Shown here one piece after another: positions 1-10,430 of a stretch of DNA of 64,000 nt; position 1 is the stretch's first letter; each line of letters starts with the position of its first letter. The position numbers and the translations under genes are program-made. Below the pieces are notes generated by a model. The model did no database searches. It was not told the DNA's origin and saw only the letters and a program-made list of their open reading frames with translations. This stretch comes from Paramoeba atlantica (Eukaryota > Protista > Discosea): the NCBI GenBank assembly GCA_977017575.1, contig CDRNVI010000062.1, positions 1 through 64,000 of the forward strand, given 5' to 3'.

Positions 1-738
1 GGGGTCCAGGGGGGGGTCCAGGGGGGGGGTCCAGGGGGGGGGGCATGGTCGATCAAATTTTTTCGAAAAAATTAGTTTTCGAAAAAAAACCGCAGAAAGG
101 GTAGCCGGGGTCTTGGCGCGCATTTTCCACCCCCCTACCCGGGGGTGACCCCCCCGCGTATCCGCAGGACGGGTCCGCCAAGTTCGGATTTTTTCGGAAA
201 AATTTTTTCGAAAAAAAATTCAACTTGGCGAAAAAAATGACAAAAAAAATATTTTTCCAAAATCGTTTCCCCTATTGTATTTTGATAGTTTGGGACCTCC
301 ACTAGCTTTCTCCGCAGTTGTTTTCGCAAGGTATCACTTCTTCGAACTGTGGTGCGCCCCTCAAAATGACCCACTTTTGACTAAAAAAGGTGAAAAAGTA
401 TTTTTCGGACCTAAAGGGGCATTTTTGTGTCGAAAGAATGGTATGGTTGGAGTCGTATTCTCTACCCAATACGTTCGGTAGGCTTTTATTCATGCCTGCG
501 AGTGATTTCCCACGCGCAAATGTCGGATTTAGTGCTCTGAGAGCAAAAATATGCGAAAATGACCCCATTTGTACCCGAAATTCGGCTATTTTTGGCTATA
601 ATCTTTCCGTTTTCCAGGCTAAATTTTCTTTTTTAGGCTCTTCGTTAAACGCGGCGGTAGTTTTCAACGCGAAGCGCGCAGCATGAGTGACTTCTAAGTT
701 GAAAGCAACCACCGCGTTTAACGAAGAGCCTAAAAAAG
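1..738. mobile_element. Non-autonomous family A (Helitron2/Helentron-like), long palindrome at right end, cut by window start
   Basis: Body matches copies at 19727, 26863, 44646 and 60050; ends in the ~110-bp palindrome TTTTTAGGCTCTTCGTTAAACGCGG...CCGCGTTTAACGAAGAGCCTAAAAA (~628-738). Confidence 0.8.
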
Positions 739-2485
739 TTAAAGTCCTTATGCCTTCTGCTTTGCATGAAAATGTTGCGTAGATTATCTGGTTCAGCACC
801 TTGCAATCCTTCAACAGGTGCCTGTATATCAAGAGATATTTTTGTGATTGGTTTCGGAATTTCCTTTCCCGAAGATCGAAGGCAAGAGGCAAGAAGATCC
901 CAGGAAGGAAGATCTTCTGTATGCAGTTGCGCTGCGACCTGTTCACAAATTCTGTTGTTAAACTTCTCTGCATGTTCTGGGTTTGATAATTGAAACCAGT
1001 GTATTTTCGATCTTTTGATGTTGGACGATATCTTCCATTTGATTCGAATCTCTGCTCGCACAAGAAAGTGTACTGTCGGCGTAGGAGCGGCAAAAACTTG
1101 ATGATGTCGCAGAGCTGATGCAAAACGTGGGTACACTGCAATGTGATCCAACTGGCGTTTAGCATCATTAGGCAATATGCATGTCCATACTCGCTTGCTA
1201 GGGCATAAGGAGTGTCCTGATTTGCAATCTATCCCTTCCAAAAGCCCCTTCAACCTTTCAACAACAAGTTCGTCTTCTTCTGTCGTTTTGCCGAAAGTGA
1301 GAGGTGCATTTAAGTCCCCAAGTAGAAGTGCGGGTCTTCGAGGGGCTTTGCCTACTGCTTCGTGAAACGCGTTTGTCAAAGAAATATCAAACTCTTGTTT
1401 GGCCTCCTCTGGGGAGTCACGCGTCGGCCCATATGCGTTGAGCATAAAGGCTGACCCTCCTTCGATGTTGAACTCGCCGGCAATTATCCTATCATTTACT
1501 TTCCACGCCTTTATTGGCTCTTGCGTGATGAACCCCATACCGTTATACCCTTTCACTGCAGACATAAGGTAGATGAAAAAGATTTTATTCCCGTGTCGAA
1601 GCTTGCGCTTTAAAATATCAAATCCTTCGCCAGAAGTAAAAGTAAACCTTGTCTCCTGGAGAGCCAGTATATGCAAGTTGGTTTGTGCCATGTATCGCAC
1701 AATCTCGTGCAATCGAGCAGAAGCTTTCAGTTTGAAAACGTCGTCACCTTCAAGTTTCAATGATGTCGTATTAAGAGTGCCTACAGCCAGATACTTCTTC
1801 ACAAAATCCAAAAAATCCAAATCATTCCGGATTGCTCCGGATGGTCACTGGCAAGCCAGACCCTTCACAGACAGATTTGGAAGTTCCGAGGCCGACGTCC
1901 TCTACCAGTTTCCGCTTGTCCAAGGCGGCACCAACGTGCTGTTGCCAACACGCTGCGTCGACGAACTGTACGTCAACACGGGTCACCCAAGAGGTGTAAG
2001 CCGGGTAAGGGAGCTGGTTCCCTGAGGGGAGGGTCCGGGACGGTCCTCCGAGTACCGGGCCTAGTCGGTTATCAGCCCAGCCTCTTAGAGTGAGGCCGCC
2101 GGGAATGTTGCGATGAGTGGGTTTGAACTCGCCGTCTGAGCACCATGTGCTTCAAACTTTGAGTTCTTGCCACTCCGCCACCTCCACAGCAGCCACCTCC
2201 ACTCCGCCACACTCCACACTTCTTCACAGCAGACCCTTTCGGGTCGTCGTCGCGTAGGGCATGCTTGCCACACAGTACCCTAGTTTTCCGTGCTTTTCTA
2301 CGGTTGTTCGAACGCCCAGGTTTTCGAATGCGTGCTCCGCATAACACGATTCGCGAATCATACGGCGGAAAGGGAAGCGTTTCCGATCGCTGGTGGTACT
2401 TTACCCGCCAGCGACCTAGCTGAAAGAGGAAACCAGGCCCTCGTTGAGTTACAGTGCCCTTCCAAATCCGAAACTCCGCAAATAT
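739..2485 (-). pseudogene. Fragment of RTE-like LINE family C (N-terminal domain end + APE endonuclease), split by a SINE
   Basis: ORF 645-1820 has APE motifs (LNTTSL, ALQETR, YGPT, GDLNA, LDH); near-identical by eye to 13574-14885. Confidence 0.9.
1804..2217 (-). mobile_element. tRNA-headed SINE family B, copy 1
   Basis: 11-bp TSD ACTTCTTCACA (1793-1803, 2218-2228); the empty site is intact at ~14625-14640. Minus strand has an A-box-like TGGCGGAGTGG and a B-box-like GAGTTCAAACCC; ends in hairpin TCCGGA-GCAA-TCCGGA + TTTGGATT tail. Confidence 0.8.
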
Positions 2486-2570
2486 GCATATAGCACATTG
2501 ATAATGCATATAGCACATTGATATTGCATACAGCACATTGATAATGCATACAGCACATTGATGATGCATT
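2486..2570. repeat. 20-bp tandem repeat (GCATATAGCACATTGATAAT)x~4
   Basis: Read directly; one unit recurs at ~16200-16225. Confidence 0.85.
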
Positions 2571-2616
2571 ATTTGGAAATTAAAGGTGTTTTCAAGAAAT
2601 AATGAACACTCGTCTC

Positions 2617-3186
2617 TGCTCCCGGTGAGGCCCCGGAGTTGCGAGAGGCCTCCATACCCCACAACTACCACCTTCCCCCCCTATTTAGCGGGGGTCGCGC
2701 GAGCATAGGACACGTTGTATGCGTGTATAGGGGATGCGAACTTGCACCCCTCTCTCCCTACATGCTGTAGCGAGTGCGGCGGTAACGGACCTCCCCATGA
2801 TGCATCATGATCCACGATAGACCATCTGACAGCATGAACCCACGGCTTGACCGTGTTGCAGCATGAACCATGGCTATACGTGCTGTCGCATGACCGATGG
2901 GCGTCTCGTCTCCTACCTCGCACTCCACTCTCTGTGTGACACCCGTCGTATGCGGGTCATGCGCCGATGGTATCGGCCGTCACACAGAGAGACGTATCTC
3001 TGCGCCACGAGCGTATGATCATAACCTTTACCCGTCTGCACAACAGAACCGTAAATGGCACGTAAAGATGGTTAGCCGAGGTACCCAATAAATTCACCTT
3101 TGCTCCCGGTGAGGCCCCGGAGTTGCGTGAAGGCCTCCATACCCCACAATTACCACCTTCCACCCCTATTTAGCGGGGGTCGCGCT
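2617..3186. repeat. ~85-bp direct repeats (2617-2700, 3101-3186) flanking a structured ~400-bp segment; third partial copy at ~29946-29993
   Basis: TGCTCCCGGTGAGGCCCCGGAGTTGCG..GGCCTCCATACCCCACAA appears three times with a common left boundary. Confidence 0.8.
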
Positions 3187-3557
3187 CAGAAGCTCAAAGG
3201 GTTAGCTCAGAAACCGTTCAAACCATGAATCGTCCTCGGAAACACTGTGGCCAAATACCTAAGCCATTAGGGAAAAGACGGGATTACTTCAAGATTGCAG
3301 AAGGTGATCTTCTCTCAAAAAAGGGTACCTCGCCACCTGTAGAGACTGGAGTGGATTCTCCTGAAAAGAAAGAGTGTTTGCCTGAGGAATGTGATGCCAA
3401 AAATACAAAGTTGCATGAAAGACGTACCACTCCCGGTTCAGCGGACAAGGAGCATGAAAGGGCGAATTCACCTGAGAGAAAGACGTCGAAGCGACGAATA
3501 AAACGGATGTGTTCTTAACCGATGCAAATCGGTCTTATAGGATAGGATAGGATAGGA
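3187..3557 (+). mobile_element. Probable 3' end of a further RTE-like LINE
   Basis: Basic C-terminal ORF (3225-3518), then hairpin ACCGAT-GCAA-ATCGGT, CTT and a (AGGAT)n tail; same layout as the LINE end at 9783-9817. Confidence 0.55.
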
Positions 3558-3559
3558 GG

Positions 3560-4367
3560 GCCAAGAAAAGTTCCGCAATGCAATTGTCATTGTTTGAACA
3601 AATATTGAACGACACAAGATTAATGTCGCAATGGCAAGAAATTTTGCCAGACGTCACAATTGCCCATTGTTCGCATGGGCAGGCGATAACGTCCAAGGTA
3701 CTCATTGATAGAAAAAACTCATTGATACACACCCTGAAGCATTTTCTGTATTTGTAAAAGGAGCACCCGGTGTAATCACCGAGAATATTGCTCCTTGTAA
3801 AATGAAAATTGCGAATGGGACCGTGATTGAAATGAAAGACCTTGTGTCAGACGATTTGTCATACGACACAAGTGGAATTGGGATTTGAAGAAGAAGAAGA
3901 CACGGAGGGCTCTGCAGCGCCAACCGTGAGGGCAGAGTCTCAGGTCACTGACCTTCATCGTCTTGCTACCCCCTTCCCAGACGGCACTCGACGCCTTGCG
4001 GCCCGAGCAAGGCTACCCAACCGTAGCTACCAGAACTGGCGTCCAACCCCGTTGCATCGTGTAGGCTGTGTCTCAAGCCTCCTTTGCGTAAGCAGCTCGC
4101 AATTTAGCGGCTGCACTGGAGCCTGGCTCAGCTCGGCGGTTCCGGGTCGGTCCTCCAGGGGAGCGGGGGGTGTGGGCCTTGAAGGCCCTTCCTGATCGCT
4201 TTCCCTTGCGAGTTTTGTCGATAGTGGGAATCGAACCCCCAACCTGCAGGTTGTAGGGCCCACCGTCTACCAACTACACTCGCACCGCTTTAATTGTAGG
4301 CAATTGGGATTTGCCTACACGTATCACAAAGTACAAGGAATTAACGTGAAGAACGGTGTTTGACCAT
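3560..4367 (+). pseudogene. Deleted PIF1-helicase fragment of the Helitron-like element, interrupted by a SINE
   Basis: Nucleotide match to ~23500-23975 with an internal deletion. Confidence 0.85.
3887..4301 (-). mobile_element. tRNA-headed SINE family A
   Basis: 11-bp TSD AATTGGGATTT (3876-3886, 4302-4312); empty site at ~23922. Minus strand reads TAGTTGGTAGAC...CCTACAA...GGGGGTTCGATTCCC (tRNA-like) and ends in a (TCT)n tail. Confidence 0.8.
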
Positions 4368-7300
4368 CTTTTTGTTAAGACCATCTTTTTGTTAATATTT
4401 TAACAAAATGACGACGGATGCGTCCGGTGCGGTCGAGGTGCGCGTTGTTCGCAAATGTCTCGATCATTCCACGCTTGGTCGGGGCTCTCTTTTTCTGCCG
4501 CCTATTCCGGTTGAAAATGAGGGTGCAAAACTCCTTCGCAGTGCGTTATCAAGTCTCATGCGCTGGATGCGTAGAGGTTGCCTTATTGCAGTCGTATGGC
4601 GGTATGATGGTTCGAGTAAATACCGACTATGGGATGGAGATGTTATGGGAAACTTTGAGGATACTGATCGCTTCAGTGTGAAATATCATCAAAGAGCTGA
4701 CCTGGTGTTTCCCTTCCCACCCATTTCCGCGAGAGTTATCATATGCGCTGTTCGAATGAGAGCGGCTCCCTCCCGGCGTAAGAGACGATGGCGTCGCTTC
4801 CCTATCTAATCGACGTCGACCGGCGAGCATGTCGATCGCGCTTTGGAGAACCAAAATGGTTCGGCTGTGAAGGAGAAGTTGTCCATAGCGACCCTGAATG
4901 TGACCTCATTAAAATTAGAGGGGGGGATTTGTTTTCTATTCGATCATGTGTCCGATTGAAGGAAATATTGACCTTTATGAGTAGCAAGAGGATTCAGATA
5001 CTGGGGTTGCAGGAAACGAGGTTCCGTTTTGATTCTCGTCTCTTTGGTGAGATTCTACGTCAGCAAACGGAGGACATGGACGTTACGTATTACTTATATT
5101 TTTCCTCAGCCACGTCCGACCGTTCTTACAACGGAATGGTGCTCGTTAGTACTTTTCCATTGGAAAAGGTGCGGGTTATCTCAGAACGGATTATGACTGC
5201 ACAGTTTCCTTGGGAAAACGGGAACGCTACACTATTCAATGTGCACGGTCCCATTAGGGATTCTTCTAGGGAAATGAAATCTACCTTCGGCGCTTCTTTA
5301 AGAAAAGCCGTTCGCGATCTTGACTCCACGAACCCCCAAAGACCTACGATCTTAATGGGAGATTTTAATTCCCCTTTAACGCTGGTCAACAAAACTGCTG
5401 AAGACAAAGCAGCTGTAGCTCGATTTCGCGCCTTACTTGTAGACGTTGGTTGCAAGTCTGCCCACGCTCTCTCACCAAGATCAACCTTTTTGTAAATTTT
5501 TGCAAAATGGCGGATGCGTCCGGTGCGCAGGAGTCCACGCGCATTATGAATCTTCTTTTGCGTTCTACGCTTGATCGGGGGGCCTTGTTTCGTCCTCACA
5601 AGGGCGGGGGGAGTCCTGCTAAGCTCCGCGCGAGGTCGTTGAGACAGTTGTTGCTGCGTATGGAAAAGGGGGCGAGGCTGGCAGTGGTGTGGAGATACGG
5701 GTATAGTGATGATTTGAAGTTGTGGGAGGGGGTCGTCGAACGATGGCTTGGCTTGTGGCGCATTCGATGCACCGAGCGCCTGCGTGAAACACTTCCGTTT
5801 CCCCCTTTAAGTCCTTTGATCGTTCTCTGCGCTGCTCGTGTTTTCAAACCTTTTTCCCTGTCCAGCAGAAAAAAGCGACATCGCAAAAGTAGGGCATTGT
5901 CCGGCAAACGTGCTCTTCATGACTCGGAGGGTCCTAGAGGCCCCGCTTTGAAGGGAAAGCTTAACGTGGCAACCTTGAATGTGACTAGTCTAAAGCTAAA
6001 GGGTGAGGATGAGTTTAGTTTGATAAAGTGCGGGCACCTGTATGAAGTATTTAATTTTATGAATATGAAAGGAATCAATATTCTGGGAATGCAGGAGACA
6101 AGGTACAGATTTTCGTCTTCTGAAAAGTCGGAGGTACTTTGCCGCAAAGTACAATACCGGAATTCGGAATATTTCTTCAACCTCATTACAGCTCGCGCGA
6201 AGGATGCGTACAATGGAATGGGCATCGTAAGCTCAATGCCTATGTCCAAGGTATTTCGAGTAAGTAAAGGATCATGGCTGGTGAATTTGAGATGGAAGAC
6301 GGAGTTGGGACAGTTGTTAATGTTTATGCTCCTACAAGAGATTCTTCGGAACTCGCGCTATCAACATTTTACGGAGATTTAGAAAAGTGTTGCACAAAAG
6401 CATTAGAAAACAATCAGCGACGCCCTCTTTTCGTGATAGGAGATTTCAACGCGCCCTTAACGCTTATATCAAACAAAGAAATGGACCCACTGGCTGTTGC
6501 TCGTCTCAAAGGTCTTTCCTGTGCTATGGGATGCAAATCCGCGCATAGCCTGTGCCCTAGTAGTAGGAAGTGGACCTGTGAGCTGCCAAACAAAACTTTG
6601 CGTCAATTGGATCATATATTTATAAGCAGCCGATTCGCATCAGCCATTCAGCGCGACAAGGTCGTAAAGGCACCAGTTCCCACAACGCACTGCTGTGCAA
6701 TTGCCAGTGTAAAAATTAAATGGAGAGCAGTAAACCCGAAAGCTGCAAATAATTATCTCTCTTGGGCCTTTCTTCGAAACAGTGAAAATCGTCAAGCATT
6801 TATTACCAAAGTTCACTCTCAATCTGAGAAGGGGGGTAATATCATGCAAGGGTGGGAACGACTTTCGAACAGTATAATAACCGCCGCCAAAAATTTTAAG
6901 AAGCGACAAAAACGTACGATAAACAGAGAACCTATTAAGCATGTGGAGATAAATAACCTGCGGGGCCTTTATCAGAGAAGCAGACAGAAGACTACGTTTA
7001 ATGAGTTAATAAAAGAACATAAAAAAGATATTGAACAGACCATTTCGGAAGAATGCTTAAAACTTGAGAACAAGCTTCGCAAGAATCACTCAAATCCATG
7101 GAGAACTCTTCGGCAAATATGTGGACAATACCGTACTCAGTTCAATACAAATGGTGAGACGCGTGATATGAAACTACAAGCGATCCGTGAACATTTCTTA
7201 AAATTCAGTAATTATGATGCAGGAGATCCAAATATCAGTTTCGACCCTATTCCACCATTATTCGTGCCGATCGAGGATGGCCCATTTATTGTTCAGGAGT

Positions 7301-10300
7301 TGACTTTGTCAGTGAAGCATTTTGGGAGAGGACGAGCACCCGGAAGCGACGGAATACCTATGGAGGCCCTACAAGCTATCGCAAGTCACGAAGTTCTAAG
7401 AGAGCAGCTTTTAGGTATAATAAACAAAGTTTATGAGACCGGGTCTACGGATGAAGCTTGGCGAATGACACTCCAGATACCCGTACCAAAGAAAGGGGAT
7501 CTCACTGACATTTCAAACTGGAGGCCGATATGTGTGGTGAATAGCGTTGTTAAACTGATGAATCACATGATTCTTTCACGCATTCGGCCCAGCGTAGAAG
7601 GTTTCCTACGCGATAATCAGTATGGGTTTCGGCCAAACTGATCTACAGCTGGCGCCCAAATCATTATGAACGAGGTTAAAACTAAGGCTTTTCGAAAAGA
7701 CGGAATAATGGTAGCCTTTGTAGATTTTGCTAAAGCATTTCCCTCCGTATCCTTTGCTGCTATAAAAGCCTGCCTATATGCTTTCCGAGTTGGCAATCGA
7801 TTGTCCACCACAATCTTGTCCATCTATCGCGACTTGAAAGGAACAGTTCGAACGCCGTTTGGTAATACTGAACCTTTTCCAATCACCACAGGGATTCTAC
7901 AAGGGGATGTATTAGCTCCCTATCTATTCGTTATGGTGATGGACAGGATTCTACACAAGGCTCTCGACGACGGATCAGATGGTGTTCTTCTGAAATCTAG
8001 AGGTACACGAAGGCGAGGGTTAAACGAAAAACGACTGAGTGATATCGATTATGCCGACGACGTCGCGCTATTTAGTGATTCGATGGAAGGTTTGCAAAAT
8101 ATGATAAACAGCGTTTCTCGGGAAGCAGAGAAAGCTAATCTACGACTTGCGGTTGGTCAATCGAAAACTGCATGGATGTCTTTTGGTAAAGTTGCACGTT
8201 CCGAAAACGACCCCGTCATCTACAACAACAACTTGAAGGTACCAAAGGTGTGGTCATACAGGCATCTGGGGCAACGTCAAGATCAAGATTTTTCTTCCAC
8301 CGTAAAAGATCGATTAAAGCTTGCATGGGGATCACTCCAGCGTTTAAATGGAATTTGGTCTTCTCCTCTAAGTGAAGGGATGAAACTTCGACTTTATGAT
8401 GCCTTAGTTTACCCTGTTCTGAATTTTGGAATGGGAGCAGTTCATATTTCTCAAAAGGAGCTCCGTAAAATTGATATTGAGGTCAACACAATGAGAAGAA
8501 TTGCCACCCGTTCAAACAAAGTTGATGAGTACGGGTTATGCTACCCCAACGCTTCTCTCTATGTTAATACCGACCGGTTTTCTACTATTCATAAAGTGCA
8601 GCGAGCAAAACTGGTGGGACATATGATCCGTCATTCTTCAGACTTTCGGGAACTGATTCAATGGAAACAACGTAGCAACGCTAGATTACCTTCCCCAAGT
8701 GAAGCTTGTGTTAAAGATCTTGGCATTACTATTGAACAAGCATTGGTTTACGCCATGGACCGCGAGCATTGGTTCAGAATTACAGAACAACTTCGTGACA
8801 ACCTTGAACCAGCTGCAACCTATATAAAATATGGCACGCAAAAGTGGAGAACCGCCGTCACAAAAGCCAAGAAGACTAAAGACTTGCGCGAGTTACAGTA
8901 TATTGAAGAGTCAACGGATCCTTTCCCTAACTTTAAAGCTATTCAGATATATACGGATGCTTCTATTAAGAGTATGGTTAGTTCTAAGGAAATTCGAAGT
9001 GGCGCTGGTATTGTGGTTATACCAACGAAAAAAGATCCAATAAGATGTTCAATCCCACTGGAAGTTACAACAATTGAGAGAGCAGAACTTCAATCGTTTT
9101 ATTTAGCTCTCAACAAATTGCCAGAAAATTCATGCGCGTGCTTGTTTCACACAGATTCGCATTACGTTTGGGACTTCTTTCACAATTTACGAAATAAACG
9201 GCGCATTGTGGGATACACTGGGACAAAAAATGGCGACCTTAATGTACGTAATGCACCTTAATGTATAATGTGGACGCAAAGCTCAGGTTACTAAAATTCC
9301 ATTCGTATAATATATATTTGTGCAAGGTAAAGGCGCACATTGGAAACAAATGGAATGAGGAGGCAGATGGTCTAGCACTTTTGGCATCACGAAAAGTGGC
9401 ACGGGCTCCGACTCAAAAAAGGAGAAAAACAACTGCTAACTCGGAGGATAGTGAGAATTCACAACCGTTATGGTCTTTGAAAGCCTTACTCAAAAGGAAG
9501 CCCCTTGGAAATAAGCAAGCACAAGACATTCCATCATCCAAGCGCGAAGCTGAGGCGGAAGGGATATTTCGAGGGAAGGTTGCGAGAGCTGGCGGTAATA
9601 GGAAACCGTCTAAGCAGGGATAGAATTGATGGAATTATTTCTTTTCCAACTTAGAATACCTTGAGGATTATTCATAGGTTATCGGAAAAATATTGTTTGT
9701 TTGTACCGTATCAGACACATATAAACTCTGAACGGGGAAGCGATAGATGAAAGCTTTCAAGGTGTAAACATTAAGTTTTTCAACCGACTTTACGTCGGTC
9801 TTTTGGATTGGATTGGATCACCAAGATCTCGAAAGTGGACTGGATCTAAATCTAGTCGAAATGCGCATACATTCAAAGATCTTGTAGGCAAGAGTCGTGA
9901 GCAAATTGAGGACACAATTGAAGCTGAATGTGCAATTCTCCAAGACAAACTACGGAAAAACCATTCCAGCCCTTGGAGATTCATTCGCGAAATATGCGGA
10001 ATGAGGAAAACGGTTTTTAATTATGGCGCAGGTCAATCAAACCGGAAACGACTAGCAGCCGTTAAGGACTTCTCTAAAATTGCTAACCGAGGTGTTGGAG
10101 ATACAAAAGTTGAATTTGATGAGGCCAAAAACTTTGAAGGAGAAATCATGGATTTACCTTTCACAGAAGATGAACTTGCATGCGCTGCGCGTAGACTTAA
10201 ACGAAGCAAAGCCCCAGGACTCGACGAGATACCAGCGAAAGCGTACATAGCCATACTCGAAGAAAATTCTTTACGCCATCTCCTTCTTGGAATCATTAAC

Positions 10301-10395
10301 AAAACCCTTGAAACGGGACCACTGAGGATCAGAGATTAACATAGTTGCCGAGTCTAATCGGCGCATATTGTAAACTTGTGTTACCAAGAGGGGTA
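4368..10395 (+). mobile_element. RTE-like LINE family A (N-terminal domain + APE; pre-RT segment resumes at 9829 after the family B insertion), frameshifted and truncated
   Basis: ORFs 4408-4809 and 4788-5495 (LGLQETR, HGP, GDFNS); the reading SAHALSPRS|RKWT continues across the TSD into ORF 9803-10339 (KAPGLDEIP). Confidence 0.8.
5483..9817 (+). mobile_element. Near full-length RTE-like LINE family B: N-terminal domain-APE-RT-RNase H; two frameshifts and one in-frame stop
   Basis: 11-bp TSD TCACCAAGATC (5472-5482, 9818-9828). RT motifs PKKGD, FVDFAKAF, GILQGDVLAPYLF, YADD; RNase H motifs YTDAS, RAE, TDS, VKAH, NEEAD; (TTGGA)n tail. Confidence 0.92.
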
Positions 10396-10430
10396 TATAT
10401 TTATGGTTATGTTTATGTTTATGTTTAGTT

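Noticed and set aside
1-45. G-quadruplex-like (GGGGGGTCCA)n runs in family A
   Set aside because: Variable homopolymer runs; nothing in the sequence supports function beyond composition.
390-686. Recurrent ORFs such as MKKYFSD..FNAKRAA and MNFFS..NPNLADPSC
   Set aside because: Open frames within non-autonomous family A; lengths and frames vary between copies.
1573-2025. ORF ending LLPTRCVDELYVNTGHPRG, repeated in SINE B copies
   Set aside because: Antisense to the tRNA head; DNA-level identity explains the repetition and no domain is recognisable.
2050-2135. HDV-like ribozyme on the plus strand of SINE B (CCCAGCCTC matches the HDV genomic ribozyme)
   Set aside because: No P1 partner, and the putative P2 pairing is lost in the 58.6-kb copy.
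2660-2700. Pistol-ribozyme-like TAAATAG on the minus strand of the direct repeat
   Set aside because: P2/P3 and the cleavage-site context cannot be built.
7639-7641. In-frame TGA in the LINE B RT as possible stop-codon recoding
   Set aside because: Best explained as CGA>TGA decay; the element also has frameshifts, and host genes read through with the standard code.
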